This document shows, piece by piece, positions 23,811 through 34,400 of a DNA stretch of 64,000 nt. A program made the translations under genes and the position numbers. Source of the DNA: Marsupella aquatica (Eukaryota > Plantae > Marchantiophyta); the NCBI GenBank assembly GCA_973895155.1, contig OZ316898.1:4526480-4590479 (forward strand), written 5' to 3'. Position 1 is the first letter of the stretch. Every line of letters begins with the position of its first letter. The notes beneath the pieces are model-generated. The model was not told the DNA's origin, made no database searches, and worked only from the letters and a program-made list of their open reading frames with translations.

Positions 23811-24267
23811 TGTTGAGCATAGATGACGATCGCAACGGCAAGCCCATGAACCATCCAACGCACAATAGTCGACACAAGAGATACGTGGTTCACCTCCTTG
23901 AGGCTACGTCCACGGGAACACACAAGAGAGCCTTACTGAACTCTAAGCCCGTCGGCTATACCGAGTCTCCACAGTGTAAGCTCTCCCTATCTCTCAAGTG
24001 GCTCCATAACAATGAGCCTTGGTTCTACCTCTCCAAGCACACATGCCTCTTATGATATAGTGTGCAACTTAGTTGTACCTAACCACATAGTTGTACCTAA
24101 TCACGTAGTTGTACCTAACCACATAGTTGTACCTAATCACGTAGTTGTACCTAACCACATAGTTGTACCTAATCACGTAGTTGTACCTAACCACGTAGTT
24201 GTACCAACCCACGTTGTTGTACCAACCACGTCATACCTAACCTAGACGTAAGAGTAAATACCCAACA
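23811..24267 (-). repeat. Copia 5' LTR (457 bp; nine 18-bp units)
   Basis: Near-identical to 17737-18157. Confidence 0.95.
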
Positions 24268-24368
24268 AGAGATAGCACCAGGTCATCGATTGGATGAGCC
24301 AAGTGCTATGTACTACAAAATAATTGATTCGGGAGGTAGAATGTAATACTTCTACACTAATGTGGAAC

Positions 24369-25869
24369 TTAGTTGCTACGCATATTCAAGCAGCCCCCTG
24401 GCTGCTTGTGAAATTGAAGTGCATATTCCATAATAATGGTTTGCAAGGTTGTTCGAGGTGGTAAAGGACGCCTTCTTCGAATGTTTGGCAAAGTAGGTTG
24501 CTCCTCCCGTTCTGCATCGCTATCTGAGTCATTGTCCAGAAGAATTTCGGAATCTTCTTCGGTCCACATGTCATTACGTGTAATGACAAAATTGTGCAAT
24601 CGTGCACACATGATAATCCATCGAATTAGCCAGGCAATCTCCTTCTTGGATCTCAGTTGGGTACGCATCTCTCTGAGGGAATGCCACCTAGATTTCAAAA
24701 CACCAATGCAATGCTCATTGGTTACCCTACACTTTGCTACACACATGTTGAAGTCCTCCCGCTCCTGGCTGGTATCTGCTCTTTTGTATGCAGAAACCAT
24801 GTGATCCATGGGCTCATATCCACTGTCACCCAAAAGATATTGACCACGGCTAAATAAATGCCTTTGAGCTTGATTGCGATACAACGATGACCTTTTGTAG
24901 CATGTCAGATCAGACACGGACCCGGGCAATCCTGCAAGACACCAAACCCATGTGAACATAGCTTAGTTTGCTAAACATAAAACCTCTAGGGTATACAAAA
25001 ATACCGGCAGCCTTGAGAATGAGGTCAGATGTTAAAAGCATCTTACCAGTGAATAAGTATAAGATCTTTCGCTTGTAGTCACAAACCACCTGGGCATTGA
25101 TTGAGTAGCGGCACTTTCTATCAAAGTAGCATTCCCCAGAGTTTGCTGGCCGCTGAGAAAGAGGGATTAAGGTACCGTCAATGAGCCCAACACAGCCTGG
25201 AAAACCTTTTGTGGAAAACTCTTGAGCAATTGCTTTGCGTTCAGCCCTTGCAGGCCATGTCAGGGATTCCTTCAGTGCATCCTCCAGGGCATGGAAACAA
25301 CGATTTGTGAAGTTGCATAGAGAACCATTACTTACGCCCCAGGTTGGAATCAATCGATTCAGGCAGGAACCGTTTCCTTCATGGCCCAACCGATCAAGCA
25401 TAACAGCAAGTTGCCACTCCACGGGGGCCTGTTGGTTTTGTGAGTCGCTGTAGAAAACAGGGTGCTGGTCAATCAGGTGAACTAGTGCAAAGAAGGATGC
25501 CTTGTCCATCCGAGTCATCTGTCAAAAAATTAATGGAGGGAGCTTGTCAAAATACTGTAAAGCAAACTCCCTTGATTTACTTGTTACTTTCTTGTCAACA
25601 AAAAACCTGGTGCTCTCCATCATGGCATACAACTCCATCAGGTCATGTGGAGCCCCCTCCAATTCAAGAATGTCGGCCTCATCCTCAGAGTCATCTGATG
25701 AATAGAGATCATGGTCTGAATCCGAATTAGATAGTCTGAACTCATCTAGGGAGTCCACATCGCTACCTGAGGTTTGCAAGTCATCATCTGAGCTTTCCAG
25801 AAGAATGTTCAAGACCAACTTATCACGCACAGCCTGCAATTCTTTCTGTCGGTATGATTGTCGAGGCAT
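24369..25869 (-). pseudogene. Harbinger-type DDE (DDE_Tnp_4/HARBI1-like) transposase, 2 exons, one nonsense codon
   Basis: MPRQSYRQ start at 25869; F*QMTRM (TGA at 25522-25524, probably CGA); GCVGLIDGTLIP, YFDRKCRYSINAQVVCD; intron 24932-25046 (GT-AG); GLPGSVSD, YLLGDSGY, RVTNEHCIGVLKSRW, LHNF. Confidence 0.9.
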
Positions 25870-26184
25870 CGTCTCTCCACAAGGAGTTGTTGGAATGAAT
25901 TGTTCTATCGTGAACGCTAGAGAAGTAGGCAACATGTCAGATGAATTCATACCAATTATGGAATAAAAAGAATCCATGCATAATGAAATGACACAGAGAG
26001 TAACACCAACAATAAACATATATCACATTCCAATGACAGAGAGCAATTCATTGTCGTAAGCAAATATAGGTTGTTGTGACAAGAATAGAAGGTGTACATC
26101 AATTATTATATAAAAATCTGTTACATTTTTCCCTATGACGGATGTACCAAAGGGCACAAAACAAATATGCACACATAACACACA

Positions 26185-26871
26185 CTAGCCATCCAAATCA
26201 TAAAACTTCAAAGACCGAACGAGGTCCTCTATAGCTTCTCCAACAGGTTTTGCTGGTTTTTTGTCTGTTTTCTTTGGTGTGCTACCCGATGTGCTGCCGT
26301 GGCTTCCTATAGGGGAATGTGGAGTGACTCGCTCCCTGTGCTTCACATTACACTGTGGAGAAACAAAGCATGCCTGGGTGGGAGGGAGATGCACTACAGG
26401 ACGTTCGTCAAAGAATGTCAAATGCTGGACTTTGATTTGAAAATCATAAACAGATAGCCAAATCTTAACCCTCGGTGACTCCTGCATAATCGAATGCAAG
26501 AACTCGATCTGGGCATGCTCTGTGCACATCGAAAAGTTTATTGCATCACAATCTAGGAGAATTTCTGCAACATCCCAGACTTGAGCAGTGACAGGTTTCA
26601 CGTCCCCATGAATTGCGTCAACGATGCGTACACCAAATCTGAAAGCATACCTCCCTGGAAGCATGTGGTCACACTTGGGTCCGAATTCAAGGGATTTCGC
26701 ACACATTCGGCCTGTTTTCAGTCTGTAAGGACAAGCTAAATAGACGAATCTACGAGGATGGGGATTAGTCGCCACATAGTTCACTACCCACACTAGAGAA
26801 GGGGAGAAAACTTCATTGGCTCCTGCGGCCCTTCTTTCCTCCACTTCGCCTAGTGTAGTCCATGAAACCAT
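26185..26871 (-). CDS. RPA70 C-terminal (DBD-C)-like OB-fold/Zn protein carried inside the PHIS element
   Basis: FVYLACP(x8)CAKSL...CDH...RYAFRFGVRIVD...AQVWDVAEILLDCDA parallels RPA1 Y.ACP...C.KKV...C..C...RY......D...F...AE.I.G..A. Open 228 codons; basic S/T-rich tail. Confidence 0.68.
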   Translation of the reverse strand: MVSWTTLGEVEERRAAGANEVFSPSLVWVVNYVATNPHPRRFVYLACPYRLKTGRMCAKSLEFGPKCDHMLPGRYAFRFGVRIVDAIHGDVKPVTAQVWDVAEILLDCDAINFSMCTEHAQIEFLHSIMQESPRVKIWLSVYDFQIKVQHLTFFDERPVVHLPPTQACFVSPQCNVKHRERVTPHSPIGSHGSTSGSTPKKTDKKPAKPVGEAIEDLVRSLKFYDLDG

Positions 26872-27685
26872 TCTCAAACTCTGCAATGCAGTAGCACTAC
26901 TCAGTTGAAACACGGCGCACAAATATACCAGAATGAGCAAGTAATCGAAATGCATTCCAACAGCACAAGCTTCAGAAAACAGACTTCACCTGGCACTGCA
27001 TGTATGGCTCCTTGCAGCCCCGCTGGATTTCTAGATTGCGTAAGCTCAATCGCCTGCACAAGCTCGATCGCCTGCACAAGCTCGATCGCCTGCCGATTCC
27101 AGAATCGATGCACCCACGTCTCCCAACTAGGTCCACACCAAAGCCCTGTCTGTGCTCTCGAAATGAGCAATCGAGTGAACCAGGCAAGACTCCCAGTCGA
27201 AGTTAGCGATCGAGTGAACCAAGTTCCAAGTCGAAGATGCAGATCGGGAGTACTGAAAATCCGAGCATGACACACCCGCATCAGTCATAGTTTGAACGAT
27301 CTTCAAAAAGGCATACAATGTTCGCGCTTCAACTTGGGCCATCCCTCCCGTTAGCTACAGTTCACGGGTTACGTCTTAGGGTCACGGCACAAAATTACGG
27401 GAGCCGGTTTTGGCCTCCCATAACCCTTATGGAGTAGTCTGTAACTTCCAAGTTACGGACCGGTGTTAACGGGCCCGACCTCTACTCTGAGACGCCCTAC
27501 TAAGTAGAGTAACTCAAGTTCACTGTACTCCCACATAGACTACAATTGTAAAATCTTTTGAGGCACTGCACCTTTTATGTCTCCACCTAGTAGAGTCACT
27601 CAAGTGAAACAAAGTCTCACCATGCTTGAAAATAATTAATGCTGCTTTTAAAAGATTTGAGATGGCTCTTAGGTCTAACTTTAAT

Positions 27686-28577
27686 GAGTTATATGCTTGA
27701 TGGGCCCTTTGGTGTAACTTCTTACCTGATAGCTCCCTATGAAACTTGTCTTACCTAATAGGGCCCCTGTTATACTTTTGTGTCAGTTGTTCTAGCAGTC
27801 ACTCTAACAAATGTTTTCTTGATGCAATGATCAACTGCACCGTCAAGCCCCACACCCAACTTTGCATGGTCGAACAAAATGGTCAAACGATGCAATTATG
27901 GGAACCGCAGAATTGCAGCTGCCGCTGTCCAAACTGCGAAGTGAAGACAATATGGATTATGTCTTCGGATGTGAACCACGGACATTACACAAACTGCGAA
28001 GTGGAGACAATATGGATTATGTCTTCGGATTTGAACCGCGGACGTTACACAACTGCGAAGTGAAGATAATATGGATTATGACTTCAGATTTGAATTTTTA
28101 CTTATCATGGGTAGTCATAGGGCTTACTTTCACGTGCTCCACATAGGTTGTCTTGACGTTTTTGATCTACCACTATCAATTTGGAGGACATGTGCGGTCG
28201 TTATGATCCTGGTACTTCCACTAGCACTTTTTTTGTCACTGGCCATTGGGCATTCGCTTCTGTCACTAGGCACTAGACATCGAGCTTGGAATACATAATG
28301 CAATATGTCTTCATGGCTAAACCCGAGCATCGAGTATCAAGCTTGGAATACATAATGCAATATGTCTTCATGGCTAAATCCGCCCCCACCCTATTTAGAA
28401 CCCCCGTTGTGGTTAACTACACTGTTTGGCACCTCACAAGAACACTGAGTACGACTTATTAAGAGGGAGACTATTAGGTAAAAAAGGTTTTGTAGGGGCC
28501 TATTGGGTAAAAAACGTTTTATAGGGGCCCATCAGATAAGAACGTTTCACCAGAGGGCCCATCAAAGCATATATCTC
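27686..28577. mobile_element. Non-autonomous Mutator-like element (MITE) with long TIRs
   Basis: ~90-bp imperfect TIRs (GAGTTATATGCTTGATGGGCCC... / ...GGGCCCATCAAAGCATATATCTC); 10-bp flanks TAACTTTAAT / AAACTTTGAT. Confidence 0.72.
27931..28092. repeat. ~60-bp tandem repeat x~2.7 inside the MITE; a ~50-bp duplication follows at 28278-28380
   Basis: AACTGCGAAGTGAAGACAATATGGATTATGTCTTCGGAT units at 27931, 27991 and 28050. Confidence 0.88.
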
Positions 28578-28792
28578 AAACTTTGATTGATTGACCAACT
28601 TTATTGTCCTGGATTTGCACCTAAATTGCAAAAAAGGTTGTTAATGTTATTGGTTAACTGTTTAGCCCGCCAACTTTCCTTGTGGTAGCCAAAGATTAGT
28701 TTCCCCAACTTTAATGGGAGTTCATTATCCTAGATGGCTGAGCTTTGAGACACCCTATTGATCTAGTCCAAAATTTAGTCTCTTAGTGGGGA

Positions 28793-29173
28793 TCAACTAC
28801 TATAATAAGGGATCCCACCTAAATCTCCTCATCATTTGTTTACAAAATTGAAAAAGGAGTGAACCAGCCACTACTATTAGCTGTAGTCAAGTGTTTGTGA
28901 CACCCTTGGATTGACTGAAATGGGAAACACAATGGATATACTTGCTTCTCCCGTAGGTCAATACAAGGTACATGTGTTGGGGGAGTATTTTCTAGCAGAT
29001 TACCACTACATGTGAAACACACTGGTAAATGAGCTTTTTTGGCTTTTTGCTATGAAAGAGAGGAATTCTCCTTATTCTTTGGGAAAAATTTGTTTTTCTT
29101 CCTTGTGTTTTTATTCTCATTTTAAATCATCTTGGAGGGAGGGAGAGAGAGTGGAAGGAGAGAAAGGGATGGC

Positions 29174-29234
<61 letters not shown>

Positions 29235-29372
29235 GCACAAGAAACAAATATATGCTCCCTTCACATAGTGCAAGGTGACCACTCCTGATCCCAAGACACC
29301 CTGGCTGTTGTCTCCCGTCTTGCGCCCCCTCCCTCCCAATGACAATTGTGCAACACATGGGCATTGGGCTAT
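28793..29372 (+). mobile_element. Older, longer member of the small Helitron family
   Basis: A|TCAACTACTATAATAAGGGATCC 5' end and degenerate GTGCAACACATGGGCATTGGGCT 3' end match the 227-bp copies. Confidence 0.5.
29176..29231. repeat. (GA)n microsatellite
   Basis: About 28 perfect GA units. Confidence 0.97.
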
Positions 29373-29621
29373 ATACCATGTTATAATATATATAATATAA
29401 TGCTATAACATGTGATCCTACCCAACATGCTCTGTGGTCTGTTTTAGGAAATGAGATTTAAGCTGGACTCAATCCTCAGTTTTTATATGACTCGATTGGC
29501 CTAAAAACCTCCCTTGCCTGGCACTATACTTATGCACTCATGCTTTTACAACACTTTGACAATGACAATATTTAGTAAATGAGATTTGAGCTGGACTCAA
29601 TCCTGAGTTTTTATATGACTA

Positions 29622-29848
29622 CGAGCCCTATGCCCGTGCGTTGCACGGCACAAGGAGGCCGGCCTATAGGGAGTCGGGGCGGGGCATTTATGGGGCAGCA
29701 TGTATGCGCCAGGGGTGCCCATTTTCTCCATCAATGGTCAGGGAAAATAGCCAAACAAATCCAATGGTTATGGATCTTTCCCGCCCAAGTTTTTTTTGTG
29801 TTGGAATGAAGGACAAAAAAGTGTGGGATCCTTTACTATAGTTGTAGA
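29622..29848 (-). mobile_element. Non-autonomous Helitron (227 bp)
   Basis: Minus strand A|TCTACAACTATAGTAAAGG...CCGTGCAACGCACGG hairpin...CTCG|T; no TSD. Confidence 0.78.
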
Positions 29849-31458
29849 TTGGATTGGCTGAAAACCTCCCTCGCGGGCACTATACTTAAGCACTCATTTT
29901 TTTACAACACTTTGACAATGACAGCATGGTGGGGATGATTGCATGGCCGCACTGACACATATGATGTGTCAACAAGCCCAGAGAAACATGACTGTGGTAG
30001 CTCACTTGAGTCACCGTAGGTCCCTAGTGACCCCCATAGGTCTTGGGTTCAAATGTTATGACTGACTTTTTCCTTTATGTGGGGTTTCACAAATTTCCCC
30101 TTCAATTTAAAAAAAATATGTGCCTTAAGAGCTTAGTGCTTTGCCTCGCCTAGGCATGGCCTAGACTTGGTATCTTATCGGGACCACATTGGCATTGGGC
30201 TAGTGCTCTATAGGGCTACTATAGTGCTCTTTCGAGGTACTTCTAATTTACACGGAATTACACTCTGCTACAGGTGTAGTACGAGTTGCATTTTTCCCGC
30301 TCGTTTAGCATTCGAACGATCGTCAAGGTCCAGTCCGTTTTAAAACTCTTTACATCCCGTCGATCGACATCCACAAATGTCCTTCTAACGATACGAATTC
30401 GTTCATTTTGATCGACCATTGACCAGCAATTCGGTCGTCTACTCACAACTTAATCAGTTGTCGAACTGTGGCGTAGATTGATTTCCCTTGGCATGAGATT
30501 ATCACAGGTGTTCAGACTCTGTATGGGTTGGGTGAGCAAAACGTGCTTTGGAAGCCGGTGAGGATTATCACTCTTGACGCCTCTGCTGAAAGCAGATGAA
30601 CGGTGTCTGTTTAAGGATGTGTCCACTCCAGATCACCAGGCATTTCAGCCAGAATTTGCGGTCACTTTCAGGGTTTCTTTCTTTGCAAGTAAAATTGCGG
30701 CGTAATTTGCCTCAATGGATATGCAATCTTCTCTAGTTACTTATGTTTCCTGCGGTTCCGGATCGGTTGTCTCGTCTCAACTCTAGAAATCCTACTGAGG
30801 ATGTTTGGAGTTGAATGTGGGAACCTTGGCAATCGCTACGTCCCCGGAGGCGGATCCCGTCCTGATGGTTGGTGGAAGAAGACGATCTCAAGGACCGAGA
30901 TCGTGTGATACCTTGATGACCTATCGGTCGACATGCTTACGAAATAATGCACAATAAGTCGCAGTTTTCAATCTCTGTTTCAAAAACTTGGTACATTTTC
31001 GTTTGAGCGCACGACAGTGTAAACAGGAGCGACGGAATTTTAGTTATCAGTGAGAATCTTCAATCACTGTATAAAATCGTTGATACTGTTCGTCTGCTTA
31101 TTGGACCCTGTTAGTCACTGTCGAGTTTGATTGTAGACACTGCATATGAATTGTAGCTTTGTTTTCAGAGCTTCAATAGGATTGTAAGTAATCTGGCTAC
31201 AAGGCAGAGAATGGCCAGAATAATTTTGAAATTAACTTTCAAATTTTACAATAGAGCCGGTGGAAGGTTAGGTGACTCTTGAAACTTCTGGCATTACTAT
31301 AGCGACTCATTCATGTGAGTCTGCTGGTTCGTGTGACTGATCGAGCGATTTAGCTACTGGTATTTTTGATTAGTTATCTGGTTCGTTAATGTACCGGGGC
31401 GCAGCCTGTTTGCACTTTTCAGCTGTAACTAGTTGACAGTCCTTATTTCAAATTCAAG

Positions 31459-34400
31459 ATGAGGAGCGCAGACGAACCGAGCTTCAATATCAAACGAGCT
31501 TGCTCTCCGCTGAAACAGGACGATGGAAAGATCATGGTTGACAGAAGAAGCATGCAACACAAGAAGGCTAAGTTTAAATCACCTGTGACAAATGCACTTC
31601 CTCCGATGTCCAAAAATCCGGTTGTTGCGAGCTGCGAATTGAGTTCGGAAATCTGGGGGAACGGTGACAAAAAGCGTGTCTTCGGAACTGACGCAAGCAA
31701 CGTGCAGCCTCTGTCCGAAAGCAGAAACGATGTGCACTCCACTCAGAAAAAATCGGAGAGATCTTATGATGAGCGAAGGAACGCTATGCCTGGCTTTGGT
31801 GGAATTCTGGCAGACATTTTAGAAATCTGCCCGGAAGGAGATATGAAGATTGAGCCCTCTGACGGTATGTCCGATTGTGAAAAGACGACAGCACTGCAGC
31901 CAATGAGTGAAAACTCGGAAGCCGACGACAATGCTACGCAGAAAGCGAAGCCCTCGGAGAGTACCTTGGAAAGAAAATATAATATAGACGGACACGAGGG
32001 TAGCATAGATCGGCGAACGGAGACTCCACGACTGAGTCCGGATAGTGTTAGAAGCACTGTTGCAACTCATAGAAGCTACGTTTTTTGGAAATTCAAAATG
32101 CCTGCAAGAGTGAGAAGTGCAAGCGAAATTCGAGACGAATCAGAGATAACTCCTGATGTTCCCGGCACGCCGGGGCCTCCACAAGTTTTTCGTACACCCT
32201 ACCGATCGTCGACAGTGCCTATCAGCCATGCAAAAGCCAACGAAAGCCGCTCGACAATTGAGGAGAAGATTGCATCAGATTATTACTGTGTGATGTACTG
32301 CATCAGGAAGCCAAATGCCAAGCATAAAGGGCCATGGTCTGATGGTGTCCTCATCAAAAGAGGACGATCTTCAATTCTCCATGACTCGGAAGGAAAGTTA
32401 GTCTTGAAGGATAGCGAGCAGCGCGGTGGAGCTCTGTCCGAAGGCGCCACTTTGCTTGTAATGTCTCAAATCACATTTGAGCAGGATCGCTTTCTCGTGC
32501 TTGAGAAATGAATGTCCTCTTTACACGTACCTCGCTTCACGTCCAAATGACCGAAAATACAGTGCAATGATGCAGATGGGAAAATATGAGCTTGAAGTTA
32601 TGAGTACCAGCACAGAAAAGGAATTTTTAAGCGGAAAAGTGTTCGAAGCAACAGGGGATTCGGCATGCGAAGCCACGGTCAAAGTTGTTCAGAGACGGCC
32701 CTTCAAAAGCTTCCAAGCTCCACCTGTTAAGCTTGCGAGGTAATAATCTGATACAGTTCGGAAATATGCTTCTAGTCATTCTGGTCCATTTCACTGATAA
32801 TGATAAATAGGATTCGCATGAGAACACCGGAGATGACCTGCAGCTGGGCTGGCATTCGACAATACTCACTAACGAATGCAGTAGTTATATCAATGCTCTT
32901 AGGTGCTCATCTATAAAGTTCAATATTCATCGAAATTTTGTTCATACAGAGACTTAGAGATGACCGTCATTCACGGTTTCAAAGAACATCTCTACTATCG
33001 CTGTGTTTCCAGACTAGCTGCGTCCATGTATGTCGTATTGCAAGAATAGTTGCAGGAAATTGTCAGTACGAAGGCTTCAGCGTTCCCAGGACTCAGTTGA
33101 GGTTTGTCACTCACAGGGTTTCCACTGCCACAGTCAAGGTCACTCCAAGCGAGGTTCTAACAACAGAGGTACGCATTATGCAAAGTGTCAATATACGTTT
33201 TACTACAACATGTTCTAACTAGTGGAGGATGAAATTAATTCATACGACGTTCAAGTGCCTTGTATGGACCTCGTTCAGTTTCAATCTCGACTTGCCTAAC
33301 TCTCGGATGATGCCGCGGAGTTATAGGTGAACCCTGCCTTAAAGAAGGACGCATTGGTGTTAAATGCAGATAACCTTCAGACAGGGTGTTCCCCAGTTGT
33401 TGTAGATCCTGTAAGTGCTCAAAGCTCATAGTCTTTATAATGATACTGTTGATCTGTTTCAAGAGTTTCACGGTAGGACAGAACAAGGATAGCTATCAGT
33501 AGAACTGTATCTCGTACACAGAGAAAAGATGGAAGAGCTGGTAGCTTACTGTGTGATTTCCAATCGCAGTATCTCGCATCGAAACTGAGGCCACATCAAC
33601 GAGAAGGAGTTCAATTTATGTATGAATGTGTCATGGGCATTAGAAACCCAATCTTCACTGGGTGCTTGCTTGCTGATGCAATGGGTAAGTCCTCCCTCCA
33701 CCGGTGCACGTGATAGAGCTGAGGTTTTCATTTTGGAACGAAAGCTAATTTGGGTGAATGACTGCCCAGGTCTTGGGAAAACTCTGCAAGTCATTGCTTT
33801 GATATGGACACTAATTAAACAGGTAACGACGCAAATCCAGCATTTCAAAGTTGCTTATGTGTTTTCTTCCTAGCGAGTTTAATCTAAATGGATGTCATCT
33901 GCAAGTGCCCCTCAAGTTGTATGATAACATTGAACTGAAACAGGGTCCTGGAGGGTATCCGGCTGTGAGGAGGGTGCTTGTCATTTGCCCTTCTTCACTT
34001 GTGGAGAACTGGGGGAAGGAGGTCCGTATTTCTCCCTCAAAAAGGCAACACTTGGCTTCTCTATTGTCTTTCAGCTAATATGGAGTATGATCACCTTGAT
34101 TGAACGGTCCGTGTGCGAGTGTACAGGTTCGTAAATGGTTGGGAAATGAGAGGCTTCCTCCCTTAGTCATTCATTCTGGGACCCCAGCAAAGGATGTAAT
34201 TGGTTCCCATCCCCAACCTTGACTTGTGCTACTTGCTAGGTTTTTTTCCCTTCAATTCAGGTTGCTCTCATGCATGTCAATTTGTGGAATTCTTGTGGAT
34301 CTTTCCAAATTTTAGCCCTTTTTGCTTTTCAGGTTCTTAAACCAGAGATGTGCGCGGTGCATGCAGGTAAAGCGCAAGATGTCAAATTTTCAAGTTGGAA

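Larger units (their letters stand above)
17737..24267 (-). mobile_element. Full-length young Ty1/copia LTR retrotransposon (Tnt1-like), nested in the PHIS element
   Basis: TG...CA LTRs at 17737-18157 and 23811-24267 (3 transitions plus a 36-bp repeat indel); TSD AAAGA/AGAGA (1 mismatch); PBS and PPT present; gag-PR-INT-RT-RH order. Confidence 0.97.
15095..27498. mobile_element. PIF/Harbinger-superfamily (PHIS) DNA transposon, Pangu-like; ~5.9 kb without the nested copia
   Basis: 17-bp TIR AGGGCGTCTCAAAGTAG / AGGGCGTCTCAGAGTAG (1 mismatch); ACT TSD at 15092-15094 and 27499-27501; subterminal TTACGG(G) motifs at both ends; convergent partner and DDE genes. Confidence 0.9.

Noticed and set aside
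27931-28092. CRISPR-like repeat/spacer appearance
   Set aside because: The spacers are themselves homologous, there are no cas genes, and the context is a eukaryotic MITE.
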